A DNA stretch of 64,000 bases from Takakia lepidozioides (Eukaryota > Plantae > Bryophyta), in NCBI GenBank assembly GCA_030704615.1, contig CM060732.1, forward strand, positions 23,312,001 to 23,376,000, written 5' to 3'. Of the stretch, positions 52,311 through 64,000 are shown one piece after another. Under the pieces are notes generated by a model. That model was not told the DNA's origin, made no database searches, and was given only the letters and a program-made list of their open reading frames with translations. The first letter of the stretch is position 1. Each line of letters starts with the position of its first letter. The position numbers and the translations under genes are program-made.

Positions 52311-55310
52311 AACCTCTTCACACAAGAGGTATCAGCCCCCTATCTTGGCTCCTTGGCTCCTTGATGCTCTCTAAGACAAGACTAAGCACTCCACAGCCTT
52401 TGCCAAGCTCTTGAAACCCTAAGGCTTACATTTCCAGCCACAAGACACTCTTCTTGTGGTGCAAGGGCTCTTCTTCCAAGCTCTGAAACCCTAGTTGTAG
52501 CACTTGTGTTTGCTTGAGAATGAGAGAAACCAGGTTGTTATGCAAAGAGCACTGTGGAGCTCATGCTTGTTAGAAGCAGAGGTGATGTGGGTTACAAGAT
52601 GGTTGACCTTGGCATTCGATCTTCAGCTTCAGAGATGAAAGCACCATGCTGCAGGTAATTCCAGAGCACCTTGATGGTTTCAGATTTTGTACATGCATGA
52701 GCAAGCACGATTGGGAAGAGGACCAGCCAAGAGCAGGTTAGAGTGGGTTTGATGGCAAAGCTGAGAACTGGACTTGGGAATGCGAGCTTTCATTGTGTGA
52801 AGGATTGCAAGACCAAGCGAAAGGGCTGATTTGGCTTGGGGCAAATCAGTGCACTTTGTGGAGTATATTGAGATTGGGTTTCAATCTCAAGCTTCAATAT
52901 TGAGAGGGCTCTTGTCATGGCAAGAGCAGGGCTAGAATAGGAGCTAAGAGGTGCGGCAAGGCCATGGGATGTGCACCTAACTCGTATCTGGCACTCACAC
53001 ATACGAGCTCATTTTTCTCGAGTGATAAAGAAGACGAATACAAGCACAAGCTCATGCGAGCTCATAAAGCTGAAGCATAAACTCATGCATATATAAACTC
53101 ATCACTCAAATACAAGTCAAGCCAAGTGCACCCCACGCCATGGGGAATCCACACTACGACGCCATAGCTAGGCGCGGTGAGGCTCAACTCGAGAAAGATG
53201 AGCCTCCCGCGCTTGCCGTGAAGATAACCACTCCAGGGCCTAAATCTGCCTTGACCCCTGGATTGACACTTGGGCCAATCCCAAATGTCAATATGTAAAA
53301 GCTAGCTATTTCCTAGCTAGTTTCACACTAGTGGTGAAATAACTTGACATGGCATATGTGACTTCATCTGACAGTCTTTTGTGATGACGCATTCGGCTCC
53401 TGTCCTCTGCCTTATCGACACATGGATATTGACATATTGAAGGAGGCGATTGGGACTCCAGTTGTGTGGGACGTCTTCTGTGTTCACCCGCATTAGAAAA
53501 TAGTGATTATCAAGGACAAAGCACTGAAAGCAATGAAATTCCGTCCAACAGTGAGACTGAAGAGGATCTGGCTGTAGGTCTTGGGAGAGATTGTTGGAGA
53601 AACTTGCAGTGTCTTCTTCTTGGGGAGGACGGAAACGCCCTGTTCGAAGGCCGAATTCAGGCATGCATTCCTAACGAGATCATTCTGAATGACAAACTCG
53701 GAGAGGACGATGTTGGGGTTTTGGTCACCAAAACAATCTCTGGAGAATCCGGTTCTCTGATGTCCATTGTGAAATGGCCGTTAACAAAAACAAGACTTCT
53801 TGAAAATGACCGGATACTCTCCGTTGATCTCGAAAATTACCTAAATCATGCACTGACATGGAGAATGATGACCATGGTACAGGCGTAAAGAAAGCAACAT
53901 ACAAGCATTTTACTAGGAAGAAGAATCCATCCAATATGGAGGACTCAAAAAAATGCAAGAAAAATCTTACTTTGGAGGAAGTGAGGTCGGTGAGCAGCAA
54001 ACCTTGCTGCAAGCTTCAATGCTGCCAGTATTTTGATTGGAGAAAAACCTTGGCAATTCGTACTGCATTTTGGGGTTCGTCATTCGATGAGAGGAGAGAA
54101 CTTGGATTGAATGTTTCAAAACGACTTCATATTATGGAAGGGGCATCGCGTAGGTCGTATGTTATGATAGAAGGTGTTGATGTTTGTGAGAAAACATGGT
54201 GGATAATACACGGAATTGGAAGGTCAACGTACATGGAGTACAGAAAGCTCAGTAAAGAAGGTTGTTTGTCATCTTTCCACGGAAATCGTGGCGTCAAGCG
54301 GCCTCGACCGGGGACACTCCAGGCAGAAGTGAACATTATGTCCATTATCAATGCCAATACTGATCTTATGCCTCACAAAACACGTTGCATTGGAGAGGGA
54401 CGTCGGGATACTTTGAGAATTTTGCCACCTGAAATGAACTAGAAGAGAATTCGAGATGAGTCCAACGAGGTGACTTTTATTCGTTGTCCCATTTTCTTTT
54501 TTCAAAATACTGTGGCCGATTTTATTCTTGTTGATGCCATCATGCTTTCTTGTTCTTCCACTTTGTAGAATCTCCACTGCCCAGTGGACGTTGACATTAT
54601 TGGGGAGTTGGGGTGCAGACGAACAGACTTCTCGGTTTGAAAAGAGTCTCGCAGCCAGCTGTAAGCCGTATACGGAATCGAATATTTCCTAGCGTGGAGG
54701 TTCGGAAAACCGGAAGCACCTTTGCTAAGTGCACAGAATGCAAGATGTTGAAGGACTTGATCAAGAAGTCAATTAAGAGGAGTTCCGAATAGGTCGCACA
54801 TAAGCGGGCGTTTGATCTACACTTGAGGCATCAAGAGTCATGCAGAAGGCTGTACCATAGCTGGAGGAATGGGTCCGTTATGATTCTGGAGGAGTTCCTG
54901 TGTATTATTCACGATAAGATGGATCATAGGAAAACGACTATTCCAAGACTACGGACGACGATCAAGATGGTCTCGGGATTGGGTCAGTTGCCTCACTACA
55001 ACACACCATATGTAATTTCGACGATTTAATTTGACGCTGGCGTTGACTGTTGTCACTTTCGACTGTTCCAACCATTTTGCAGTAAAAAATTATATTAAAA
55101 TATTCAAGGTGCTAGACAACCGCGAAAATTTTGACAGTAGTGAGAGATTTTGACTACCTAAAACTGAGACAACCAGTTAAGCAATGGCATGTGTAATCAC
55201 AATATATAAACTATATATAGCAATATATACGTGGATAATAAGAAGTAAAAACATTTAACTATTTTTTCACTGACCCAGCACATTAATAGTAAACTAATCG
55301 TGTGCTGGTT

Positions 55311-55552
55311 AAGGTTAGTGAAACAAAACAATTGAATTATCTGAACGAATGATAAACAAACGCCTTGTTGGCAGCTATTGGATGAACGTATGAAAGGTTA
55401 GTGAAACAGAACAACTGAATTATCTGAACGAATGATAAACAAACGCCTTGCTGGCTGTTGGATGAACGTATGAAATATAATTTGTGTGCACTGGATGAAC
55501 GTATGAATGAACGATAAAGCAAACGCCTTGCTGGCAGCTATTGGATGAACGG
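55311..55552. repeat. 83-bp tandem repeat (2 full copies plus a partial) inside the CACTA
   Basis: aaggttagtgaaac..gaattatctgaacgaatgataaacaaacgccttg..ttggatgaacgtatga begins at 55311 and 55394; third partial copy ~55490-55552. Confidence 0.85.
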
Positions 55553-57442
55553 AAAATTAAATGGATGGATGGATAGATTGATGGAAAACCCAAAATCCAT
55601 CCATCTACGATACATTCATCCAAATAATTCAAAATGAATGTAGGGTTGCGGGATTGCGTTCAGCGATGAGTAAGTTATGGGACTTGATCGTTTTGCTTTG
55701 TTTGCGTGGGAGGATCTGCAGGATATGCATAGCTTGGGTGGACAACCGCAATCGCAAGGAGTGGCTTTTCTTAAATTACGATGTGAAGATGTTTGTCCAT
55801 CCTGCAAATGTGGGCTCTTAGTACCATGATTTGGTATTCTTCCTGATGTTTATAACGTTCTTGGGAGAGTCGGCTTGGTCTTAGCAGGCCGTGTTTCAAT
55901 CTCCGCCCGCTCAGCTGCATCGTGGTGGTTCTCGCAGACCAATCCTCTCGCAGACCAATCCGACATTACCTGACTACAGACACAAGCAGCACACACAAGA
56001 GGTGGTCAGTCAAATCCTCGATGGGTCATGACACAAGGTCGAGGACAATGTGGTGAGGGCACCTTCTTCGACGTCTTTCAGCCTGTTTTGCCCGCTCATC
56101 AGATTCGGCCCTGAATTTGCAGCACGGAGCAGAGCAGGCATGAATTTTGTAAAGATCCTTCATGATGGTGCGACAACCGCAATCGCAAGGTGTGGCTTTT
56201 TCTTAATGTACGATGTGAAGAAGTTTGTCCATCATGTAAATGTGGGCTGTTGGCTCCTGTTAGTACCATGATTTGGTATTCTTCCTGATGTTTACCAGGT
56301 TCTTGGGAGAGAGATTGGTCTTAGCAGGCCGTGTTTCAATCTCTGCTCAGCTGCACCGTGGTTGTTCTCACAAACCAATCCGACAGTTCCTGACGATGGA
56401 CACAAGCAGCACACACAAGAGGATCTTTGGGTTGATGGTCTGTCAAATCCTCCATGGGTCATGACACAAGGTCAAGGTCGACAATGTGGTGAGGGCACCT
56501 TCTTCTTCAACCTATTTCTGCCTGTTTTACCCTCTCATCAGACTCGGCCCTGGGATGCATATTGAATTCTGTAAGTTAGCTCGTTGGGTGGATCTATGGT
56601 GGTTAGGAGTGACTTTGACAAATTACTGCCGATGTGGCAGCAGGAAAGTATCCAAAAACAGATAACATAGATTAGGAGAAGCTCGTTGGTGGATATATGG
56701 TGGTTTTGGAGTGATTTTGACATGTTACTGTAGGTAGGGTTAGGGCGTTAGTGTCAGCTGCTAGCTGCAGCAAGGCAAGGATGTGTGCATGATTTGTGCA
56801 GAGGTCTGGATAGCTAAAGGAGTAGGGATAGAGTGTGGGTCCAGATTCATCCAAGAGGGCCGAATTTCAAGCTCCAGATTACCTATGATTCCCTGTGGAA
56901 GGATAGCTACACGAAACCTGCATGGGTAGATGGTGAACTGGAAGCCACAGCACCAGCGGTTCAATTGATAAAATCAGGCACTGCTAATGAAGGTACCTTC
57001 TTCAACAGATTTCACCCTGTTTTTCCCTCTCATCAGAATTGGCCCTAAATTTTCATGTTGAATTCTGATACTTTTCTGACCCCAGGCAATGGCGGGACAA
57101 TCAAGGCAAAAAGGTGAATGCTTGTTGGATTACAAAGAGTAGCAGATGCAATTGACCATAGGAACTAGTGTGATAAGTTGAGTTAGGTGTTTCCTAGAAC
57201 AAATCTAGGCTGTCATTGTCAGGTGCTAGCAGCAAGGCAAGGATGCAGTATGTATGATTTGTGCAGAGGCATGGATAGCTGAAGGAGCAGGGATAGAGTG
57301 TGGGTCCAGGTTCATCCAAGAGGGCTGGACTTCAAGCTCCAGATTACCTATGATTCCATGTGGATCAATAGCTACAAGAAACCTGCATGGGTAGATGGTC
57401 AAGTAAAGGTAGCAGCTGCAGCGGCACAGTTGATAAAATCAC

Positions 57443-58700
57443 GCACCTCGACCATGACCACAGCTTCTGAAAGAGGATCAAGAGAGGGAGTCCACAATGC
57501 CTCTTCTGCTGGGCATGTGAAGATGCTTTGTGAGGCAGACAGACTGACAGAGGCTCTACAACTTTAAACTAACAAGGCATTTCAGTAGATTCAGATACGT
57601 CTTCTGTCTCTTGCATAAGTGCATCAAGATGAAAGGTCTGGAAGCTGGAAACAGGTGCACACTCACATTATCCAAAGTGATTAACGCCAAATGTTTTCTC
57701 AACACCCTTGTCAACATGTATGTTAAGTGTGGGAGCATCATGGATGCTCACCAGGTTTTCCACAGAATGTGTGTGATTACAATGCTTATGCAAGCCTGGC
57801 AGCCCTGGAAAAGGTCAAAGAGGTCTATGTTGACATTGTCAAAGCTGGAATTGTACCAGATGTCATTCTGTACTCTTCCCTGGTGGACATGTATGCCCAA
57901 TGTGGGTGCATTGAGGATGCAAAGCAAGGAACTTATGTGTACTCTGTTTATATACTGGGTTGGCAGGGAGGCTTTGGAGATTGTGAATGGGTGATGCTTG
58001 CAGGGTATGCATAGCAGGGACATGGTATGGAGGCTTTGGAGACCTATGATCAAATATTGATGGGGGAAGGGGTGAAGCCCAACCACATCACGTTGCAGCA
58101 TACTGGTACTTCACAGCCATGGCGGCTCTCTCAACCCCTCCATTTTTTTTTCTTTTGGTTTTTTTGGCGCTGGGAGAGAGCAGCAGCTCTGCTGTCTCCT
58201 TCCCCTTGCTTATGCCGATCGTTAAAGGGGAAATTGTCATTCTGAACTCTGCCTTGGTGGACATGTATGACAAATGTGGGTGCAGCAAGCCTGATGTGAA
58301 GGGAGAGTTTGACAATATGGCTGAACGAGTTGAGGTATTTTGGAGTGCCATGATTGCAAGGTATGTGCAGCATGGGTATGGGATTAAGGCTTTGGAAACA
58401 TAAGAGCAAATGATGTGGGAAGGGATGAAGCCGGACCAGGCCGTCATGTTCATTTGTTTTTGTAATATGCATATGCGAGCCTAGCAGCCCTGGGAAGGGG
58501 CAAAGAGGTTTATGGTGACACTATCCAAGCTGGAATTGTACCAGATGTCATTCTCAACATTCCCCTGGTGTACATCTATGTCAAATGTGAGCCTGGCAGC
58601 CATCAAAAGGGCACAAAGGTCCATGATGACATCGTCAAAGCTGGAGTTGTCACTCTAAACACTGCCTTGGTGGATATGTATTTCAAGGCAGCCCTGGAAG
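57443..58700 (+). pseudogene. PLS-PPR fragments carried inside the CACTA element
   Basis: TSTMTTASERGSREGVHN..GHVKMLCEA leader, then NTLVNMYVKCGSIMDAHQVF, ASLAALEKVKEVYVDIVKAGIVPDVILYSSLVDMYAQCGCIEDAK, KPNHIT and others, with stops and frameshifts. Confidence 0.88.
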
Positions 58701-61700
58701 TGGATGTCACTTTGGGTGACAAGGTAGCTGGCACCACCATTCTCTGGAACTACCTGAATTCATTCTCAAAATGATTTCTAATGTTCTCTTGACATGTCCA
58801 CGATAGTGCTGGACCTAGCTACACAGCAGATTATCCTTACTTAGTGACTTCAGTTGGATATAAAACCAGTTTTGAGCCATCCAAATGTTTTTGGTTCCGA
58901 CCTGTATTTGTATTCTATGTTTAGTTGTATTTGTAATATATTTTCAATGCAGTGCAGCGAATCAAAAAATTTAAATATAATATCCACTAATTCACATACA
59001 TACAGATATAAACTAAAAGTAAATAAAAAAAAACGAAATAACAGTAATTAAAAAAACCAAATATTAAATAAAAAGCCTCCCAATTCATATATATATTATA
59101 TTTATATGTATATATGTATATACACCTCCAGAGTGAAACATATTTACTAAAATGTGTCCTCTTTTACTGCTTCACAGTAGAATATTACAATATACAAAGT
59201 CAAGCAAACTCACTATCACTGATTTACAGTCAAACCGTATACTAAACATCATGGAACATAGTCAATATGTTCCACTTCAGTTAAACCACTTTACTACACG
59301 TCATGCATCCACGTCACTCTGCCCTTAAGCCACTCACTACACGTCATGCATCCACCTTATAATTCAGTTAAACCACTTTACTACATGTCATAGCCATGTC
59401 GCATCCACGTCGCATCCACGTCGTACTGTGCTGCCTACACGTCACCCCCTAGGTTTTACTGTCACATTTCAGTGTCAGAACCTGGCATCTGGATTCGACT
59501 GCTTGACTGAAACGACTTGACCTTTGTCACGCATGTTCGACTATGGAGGCTGGAAGTAAAAATGTCGCAAATGACTCAAAAATGAGTCAAATACAGAGTC
59601 GAAAAGCCCAGCTTGTATTGTAGTGCCTGTCTCATTGACAGGAATGGTTACGCATGAACACGGTGATGGAGCTTACGCTCAATTTTCTCTTGAGTTCTGG
59701 AAGGGCAATTCAAACTTCACAATTGGGTCGCTGGCTCGGTGCCTGCGCCAACTGGAAAAGCCGACATGCCGGGAATCCAGGAACATTTTCGACACTGAAG
59801 TTCAAAATGATTTTTTTGAAACGCTCATGAGAGGTAAATCGAGATGTTTGGAGGCTCTGAAACCCTATAGGCCGCAAGATAAACGTGGTGCTTGACCACT
59901 TCCTAGACGACTTTATTTGCAGATGGACAACTCCTCCAAGGACAATAAGAACAGATGGATGCTTGCTTTCCTATCCCTTCTCACTGCCAAAGATGTCTTT
60001 GAAGAGATCCAGCTTGGTTTTCTCATGGTCGGGCACACCCATGAGGATATTGACGGATTCTTTAGCTATGTCTCGAAGAAGCTAAAGAAACGCAGCACCT
60101 ACATTTTTCCGGATTTGATGAGGTCATTCATGATCTCCCAAGATATGCAATTCATTCCTCAAATCATTCAGGAGGTTCCCGACTTCAAGAAGTTTGTTAA
60201 GGGTTGAATTCTTGATGGAAATGAGGCTTTGGTCGGGATCTCAGAGATGCACGTCTTTCGGTTTTTTAATGATGCGGATGACTAGCCCGTTATGAAGTAC
60301 AAGAAGTCAGCTACTGATTCGGAGTGGCTTCCTACAGACTCCAGCGTTAAGATGTGGAAGTCCAATCTTGATGGGACTCCAAATCTCCCAGATGCCGTTC
60401 CAAGAAGACCGATATGGGGAGTTGGGGATGACTTCTCCGAAAAACAGTCATTCATAAAAATGGTATTAAGAAATACAGAGGATCATTACCGGGGTGTAAT
60501 GGAACAATACGACCAATGGGGAAATATTCTCGCCGAACTTGATAAGCCAATGCAGGACATTCCTGATCGTATTCAGCTTCTTGAGGGATTCTGGCCGAAA
60601 ACAAATTGGTCCTCAAACCATCGAAGGGATGGCATCCAGCCATCGATACTGGAAGATATGGAAGATGAGGATGAAGTTCCAGAACCTTACTGTGGCCCTA
60701 GGTGCGAGCGTCCAAGGATACCCTTGAATCCGTTCAAGGATATTGAGAAATTCCCCTTACATTTTTACATTCTACGGAGGTGAGTCGTCCATATTTGTTT
60801 CTCTCTTTCTATCCTAAACCCTTCTCCGAGTCGCCACAAACTTGGACCTTATTGCACTTAATATATCTAGTTACACCCCAAACCTTATTTTACTACCCTA
60901 GTAGGTCATCTTCCTAATGTTTCAAGCTATTTTAATATTTTACTGCCCTTCTCACACCCAAAACATCATTCCAATGGCATTGTCTATGAATATTGTGCTT
61001 GTTAACATGAAGATTCAATCAAAATTACTATCAACTTATATCGAGTATGGTAGAGTATGAGTGGGGAATTAGCACAACTCTTTCATGATTAACTACTGGT
61101 AGAGTCTAGAGTCGTCCACTAAATTAGCCTGCTTCACATACTCAGTGGAGCTATTGATTTGTCCTTCTACAGTCTTGGTTAGTCAACAAACCAACCATTA
61201 TAGACGTCATCGATCTTCTTTGACGGAAACACTTAATGAAGAGATATGGGTAGAGGGAACCCTGCAAAAAATGTACGCCGAGCTATAAAGGTTCAGATAG
61301 GCTTATGTGACCTGCGTCGAAAGGTGGTTCACTTGGGTAAAGTGACATTTACTACAATTGGATCAAAACAAATATGAGGGCAACTCGACATGTTCAAGCA
61401 CTTCGTTGAACTGTAGAAGCGGTGCCCGACGAACAAAAACTCCATTTTTTCAAATTGTGGTGGTATGGGAGTCCGTAGACATTTTCAGGTCTACAATTTC
61501 CGAGGCAAGTTCTGTCCTTATTGGACCCAAGTCTCCCCTTTATCCTCCGGGCATAATGATGTGGCCCCTTGCCGCCCATATGCATCAATCCATTTTTTTT
61601 TCCTCTTTTATTTATTTATTTATTAAGAAAGATAAAAAACACTTGAGAGTTGTAAAACCAGATTCTCGCCCACCCTGTTATTCATCTTCTTCTAGGGGTA

Positions 61701-62659
61701 TTGAGCTATCACGGGGATGTAAGCTCGGTAAAGCAGGCTAGCGAGATAGGCAGGATCCAACGGAGAGGAGTCAGAATCATTCAAAACTAGCAGTACATCC
61801 TAACTCACACCTTCTTCATCCAAACCTTGCACACATGTACACTAGGGTTAACACACCAAACGTACACAGCCGCCTTAAGCATCGTGCTGATCCCTTTTAT
61901 AAATGAAGGCCCACAATCTTATCCAACAGAGTGGCAAGCCCTGATTGGTTGTTTGGATTCTAGTCGGGTGCCTATCCAGATAGGACGCCACCTCATTCTA
62001 ATTTAGAGATAAGCTAGCTGTTAATATAAGACAACTCTTAGTTAAAAATAGATTGTTTCCAGCTGGTTTCATCCAAGCCCTTTTCAAACGGTCATTCATC
62101 CAGCGTCTGTCCATCCAAATGTCGAAAAGGTAGGTAGAGCGAATCTAGCCATTACATATGTAAAACCTCCTGGCACACAGAGGAGCGAGCTCCAGCGAGC
62201 TATCTAACAAAACACTATGCTCAAAACAGGGAGCAGTGTTGCCCGAGGTCACACCAAGATGGGATGAAAATACCTCAACAAGGAAAACCTTGCTCTGCAA
62301 TTTGAGCGAAGGACAAAACCTTATTGTGGAAAAACCCCATCTTGTGAGGTGTGCAACCTGGAGAACTACAAAGATAAAACAGATGGATCCTAGGTAGGGA
62401 GCAGCTGAATAAAAAATGAAGTGTCACGAGTAAGAGTGAGTAGTCTAGGTGACAAGTGAATCAGAGTCAAGTCGAGTGCGCTTCTTTGGAGTTAAAACCA
62501 CATGACAATTCTCCACGTTGAGACAAGTCAAATCAAACTGCAGCTTAGAAGGGACAAGTTGTGAAACATGAACAGTCCCTGCAATCTCCGCTGTAGAAGA
62601 ATGTTGGGAAAGGAGACGGTACTGTCGACTAGGCAAAATCGCATGTACCAGATAAGGCC

Positions 62660-64000
62660 CATCGATTCACATCTTGGACTTGGTGACCTGTTTGCCAGGC
62701 TGCAAGCGAACACAAACAGTCTGGCCTAGAGAAAAAAATTCAAAGTAAACAACCCTACAGTTATAGTTTCTAGCTTGAGAACCTTGAGAAACCTGAATGT
62801 TATGTTTAGCAGTCTCTAACAAACGCAAACGATGAGCAGTGAGTTGAGTAAGAAATTCTTCCCATATGATGGGCTCCTCACCCTGAGTTTGAAGCACAAG
62901 GACATGAAGAGAGGTGCGAGCCTTGCGGCCATACAATAATTCAAAAGGAGAAAAGCGAGTGTTGGCATGCACCGAGGTCCTGTAAGCACAGAGTAACATC
63001 CCATTCTTCAATGAGAGCTCCGTTCTTTTCTAACAACTGGCACATGGTTTTGTTGAACCTCTCTGTAAGCCCGTTGCACTAGGGGTTGTAGGGAGCAGTC
63101 AAGCTATGCTTGACATCTAAATTAAAGCACACAACCTCCATCAGCTGGCTACAAAACTCCCTACCCTGATCAGTTAAAATTTCAAGGGGACAACCATGGC
63201 ATAGCAGGATTTCATCAAAGAAGAACTGAACCACCTCATCACTATCCTTAGCAACCAATGGTCGGATCTCAACCCACTTAGACAGGTAATCAGTAGCCAC
63301 ACCAATATTGTAACTATTGCCCTTAGTCGTAGTTTTGAGGGGGCCGACATGATCAAGACCAACTCGGGCAAACATCTCAATCACCGAAATTGGTTGTAAT
63401 TTAAGAGGAGCTACGGTCCTAGGCAGAAGTGTTTTGGACTTATATGGAACACACTTGGAAATGAAATCCGCCACATCCTTAGTTAACCCCTTCCAATGGT
63501 ACTTTTCCTGGAGTCTCTTGACAGATTTGTCGACTCCTAAATGACCATCATATAGTGAGCTATGGTAAAGCTCAAGCAACGCAGGCATAGAGCTCCTAGT
63601 AGGGACCTCCACGACAGTCTCTTGCCCATGAACATGAACTACCTTAAGCAACTTACCTTCATGCTCCCTATGAGAGGGGAGATGATAGTTTACTTGCCTG
63701 AGGCGACGGGAAGAGAGGCCCGACAGATGAGTGTTGGTCTTACACTTCTGGAGGAGGCCTTGGTGAAGTAGGTCTTCCATGTTTACAGCTGCCATAGCCA
63801 GGCCTTGGGTTAGTGTGAGCAGAAAGGAGTGTCCGCCTCAGTGATCTCCATGGTAAGGCTTCAAGCTCAACTGAATGACAAGGGTGACTTCATGAAGATG
63901 CAACCAAGGACAATGAAGCACATAAGCAGATTTCCCTAAGGAGAGGATTCAGTACAAAACCGGAACTAGGAATGACCTGCTAAGAGACGTCATCCACTCA
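62660..64000 (-). mobile_element. Second Ty3/Gypsy element: integrase remnant, continues beyond the window
   Basis: HSSLYDGHLGVDKS..YHWKGL..FISKC, RVGLDHVGPL, TDYLSKWVE, ILTDQGREF, PYNP*CNGLTERFN, FSPFELLYGR. The downstream ~61700-62450 looks LTR/UTR-like but its limits are unresolved. Confidence 0.88.

Larger units (their letters stand above)
43910..53349 (-). mobile_element. Ty3/Gypsy LTR retrotransposon: gag(ZnK)-PR-DNMT-RT-RH-INT-PHD, decayed
   Basis: Identical 36-bp LTR starts TGTCAAGTTATTTCACCACTAGTGTGAAACTAGCTA at 53349-53314 and 43945-43910. Zinc knuckles ~50590-50450; protease LLDLGA ~49480; RT LDLRSGYHQ, PFGLKNAP, YIDD ~47300-46600; RNase H LHTDWS, EGECLA, VTDH; integrase HEELGH..CMVC, SLDF, LAER; PHD ending at 44384. 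Several stops and frameshifts. Confidence 0.95.
54994..59625. mobile_element. Non-autonomous CACTA element (4632 bp) with captured gene fragments
   Basis: TIRs CACTACAACACA / CACTACAATACA; 3-bp TSD CCT at 54991-54993 and 59626-59628. Subterminal repeats (catccacgtc, cagttaaaccactttactaca). No transposase inside. Confidence 0.93.
53466..60783 (+). mobile_element. Decayed Sola-like (DUF7869-type) DDD transposase gene, split by a CACTA insertion
   Basis: Left part (to 54993): CCKLQCC, VCEKTWWIIHG, HGNRG, FAKCTEC, IIHDKMDH, GLGQLP. Right part (from 59626): VSLTGMVTH, QMDNSSKDNKN, FLMVGHTHEDIDGFFS. Removing the insert and one CCT gives GLGQLP-VSLTG in frame. The superfamily name is tentative. Confidence 0.75.

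Noticed and set aside
55311-55552. CRISPR-like repeats
   Set aside because: Contiguous tandem units without unique spacers, no cas genes, eukaryotic context.

Overview
Eukaryotic nuclear DNA, most likely from a seed-free land plant (bryophyte, lycophyte or fern). This is inferred from spliced plant genes with short GT-AG introns, PLS-class PPR repeats and plant-type transposons. Two intact spliced host genes can be built by hand: an F-box/LRR gene like Arabidopsis At3g58530 (1138-7682, 12 exons) and CAAX prenyl protease 2/RCE1 (24302-28627, 8 exons). The rest is pseudogenes (aminopeptidase P, a multipass membrane protein, two scrambled PLS-PPR loci) and nested transposon remains (LINEs, hAT, copia, SINEs, MITE, CACTA, a Sola-like DDD transposase, two Ty3/Gypsy). 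Standouts: (1) a Ty3/Gypsy element (43910-53349, minus) whose polyprotein carries a complete DNMT3-like C5-cytosine methyltransferase between protease and RT, plus a PHD finger after integrase; (2) a LINE remnant (35015-37585) with chromodomain + degenerate PCIF1/Dam-like N6-adenine methylase-like segment + RNase H; (3) a TSD-flanked 4.6 kb non-autonomous CACTA carrying PPR gene fragments. All domain calls are motif recognition by eye; no database searches were run.
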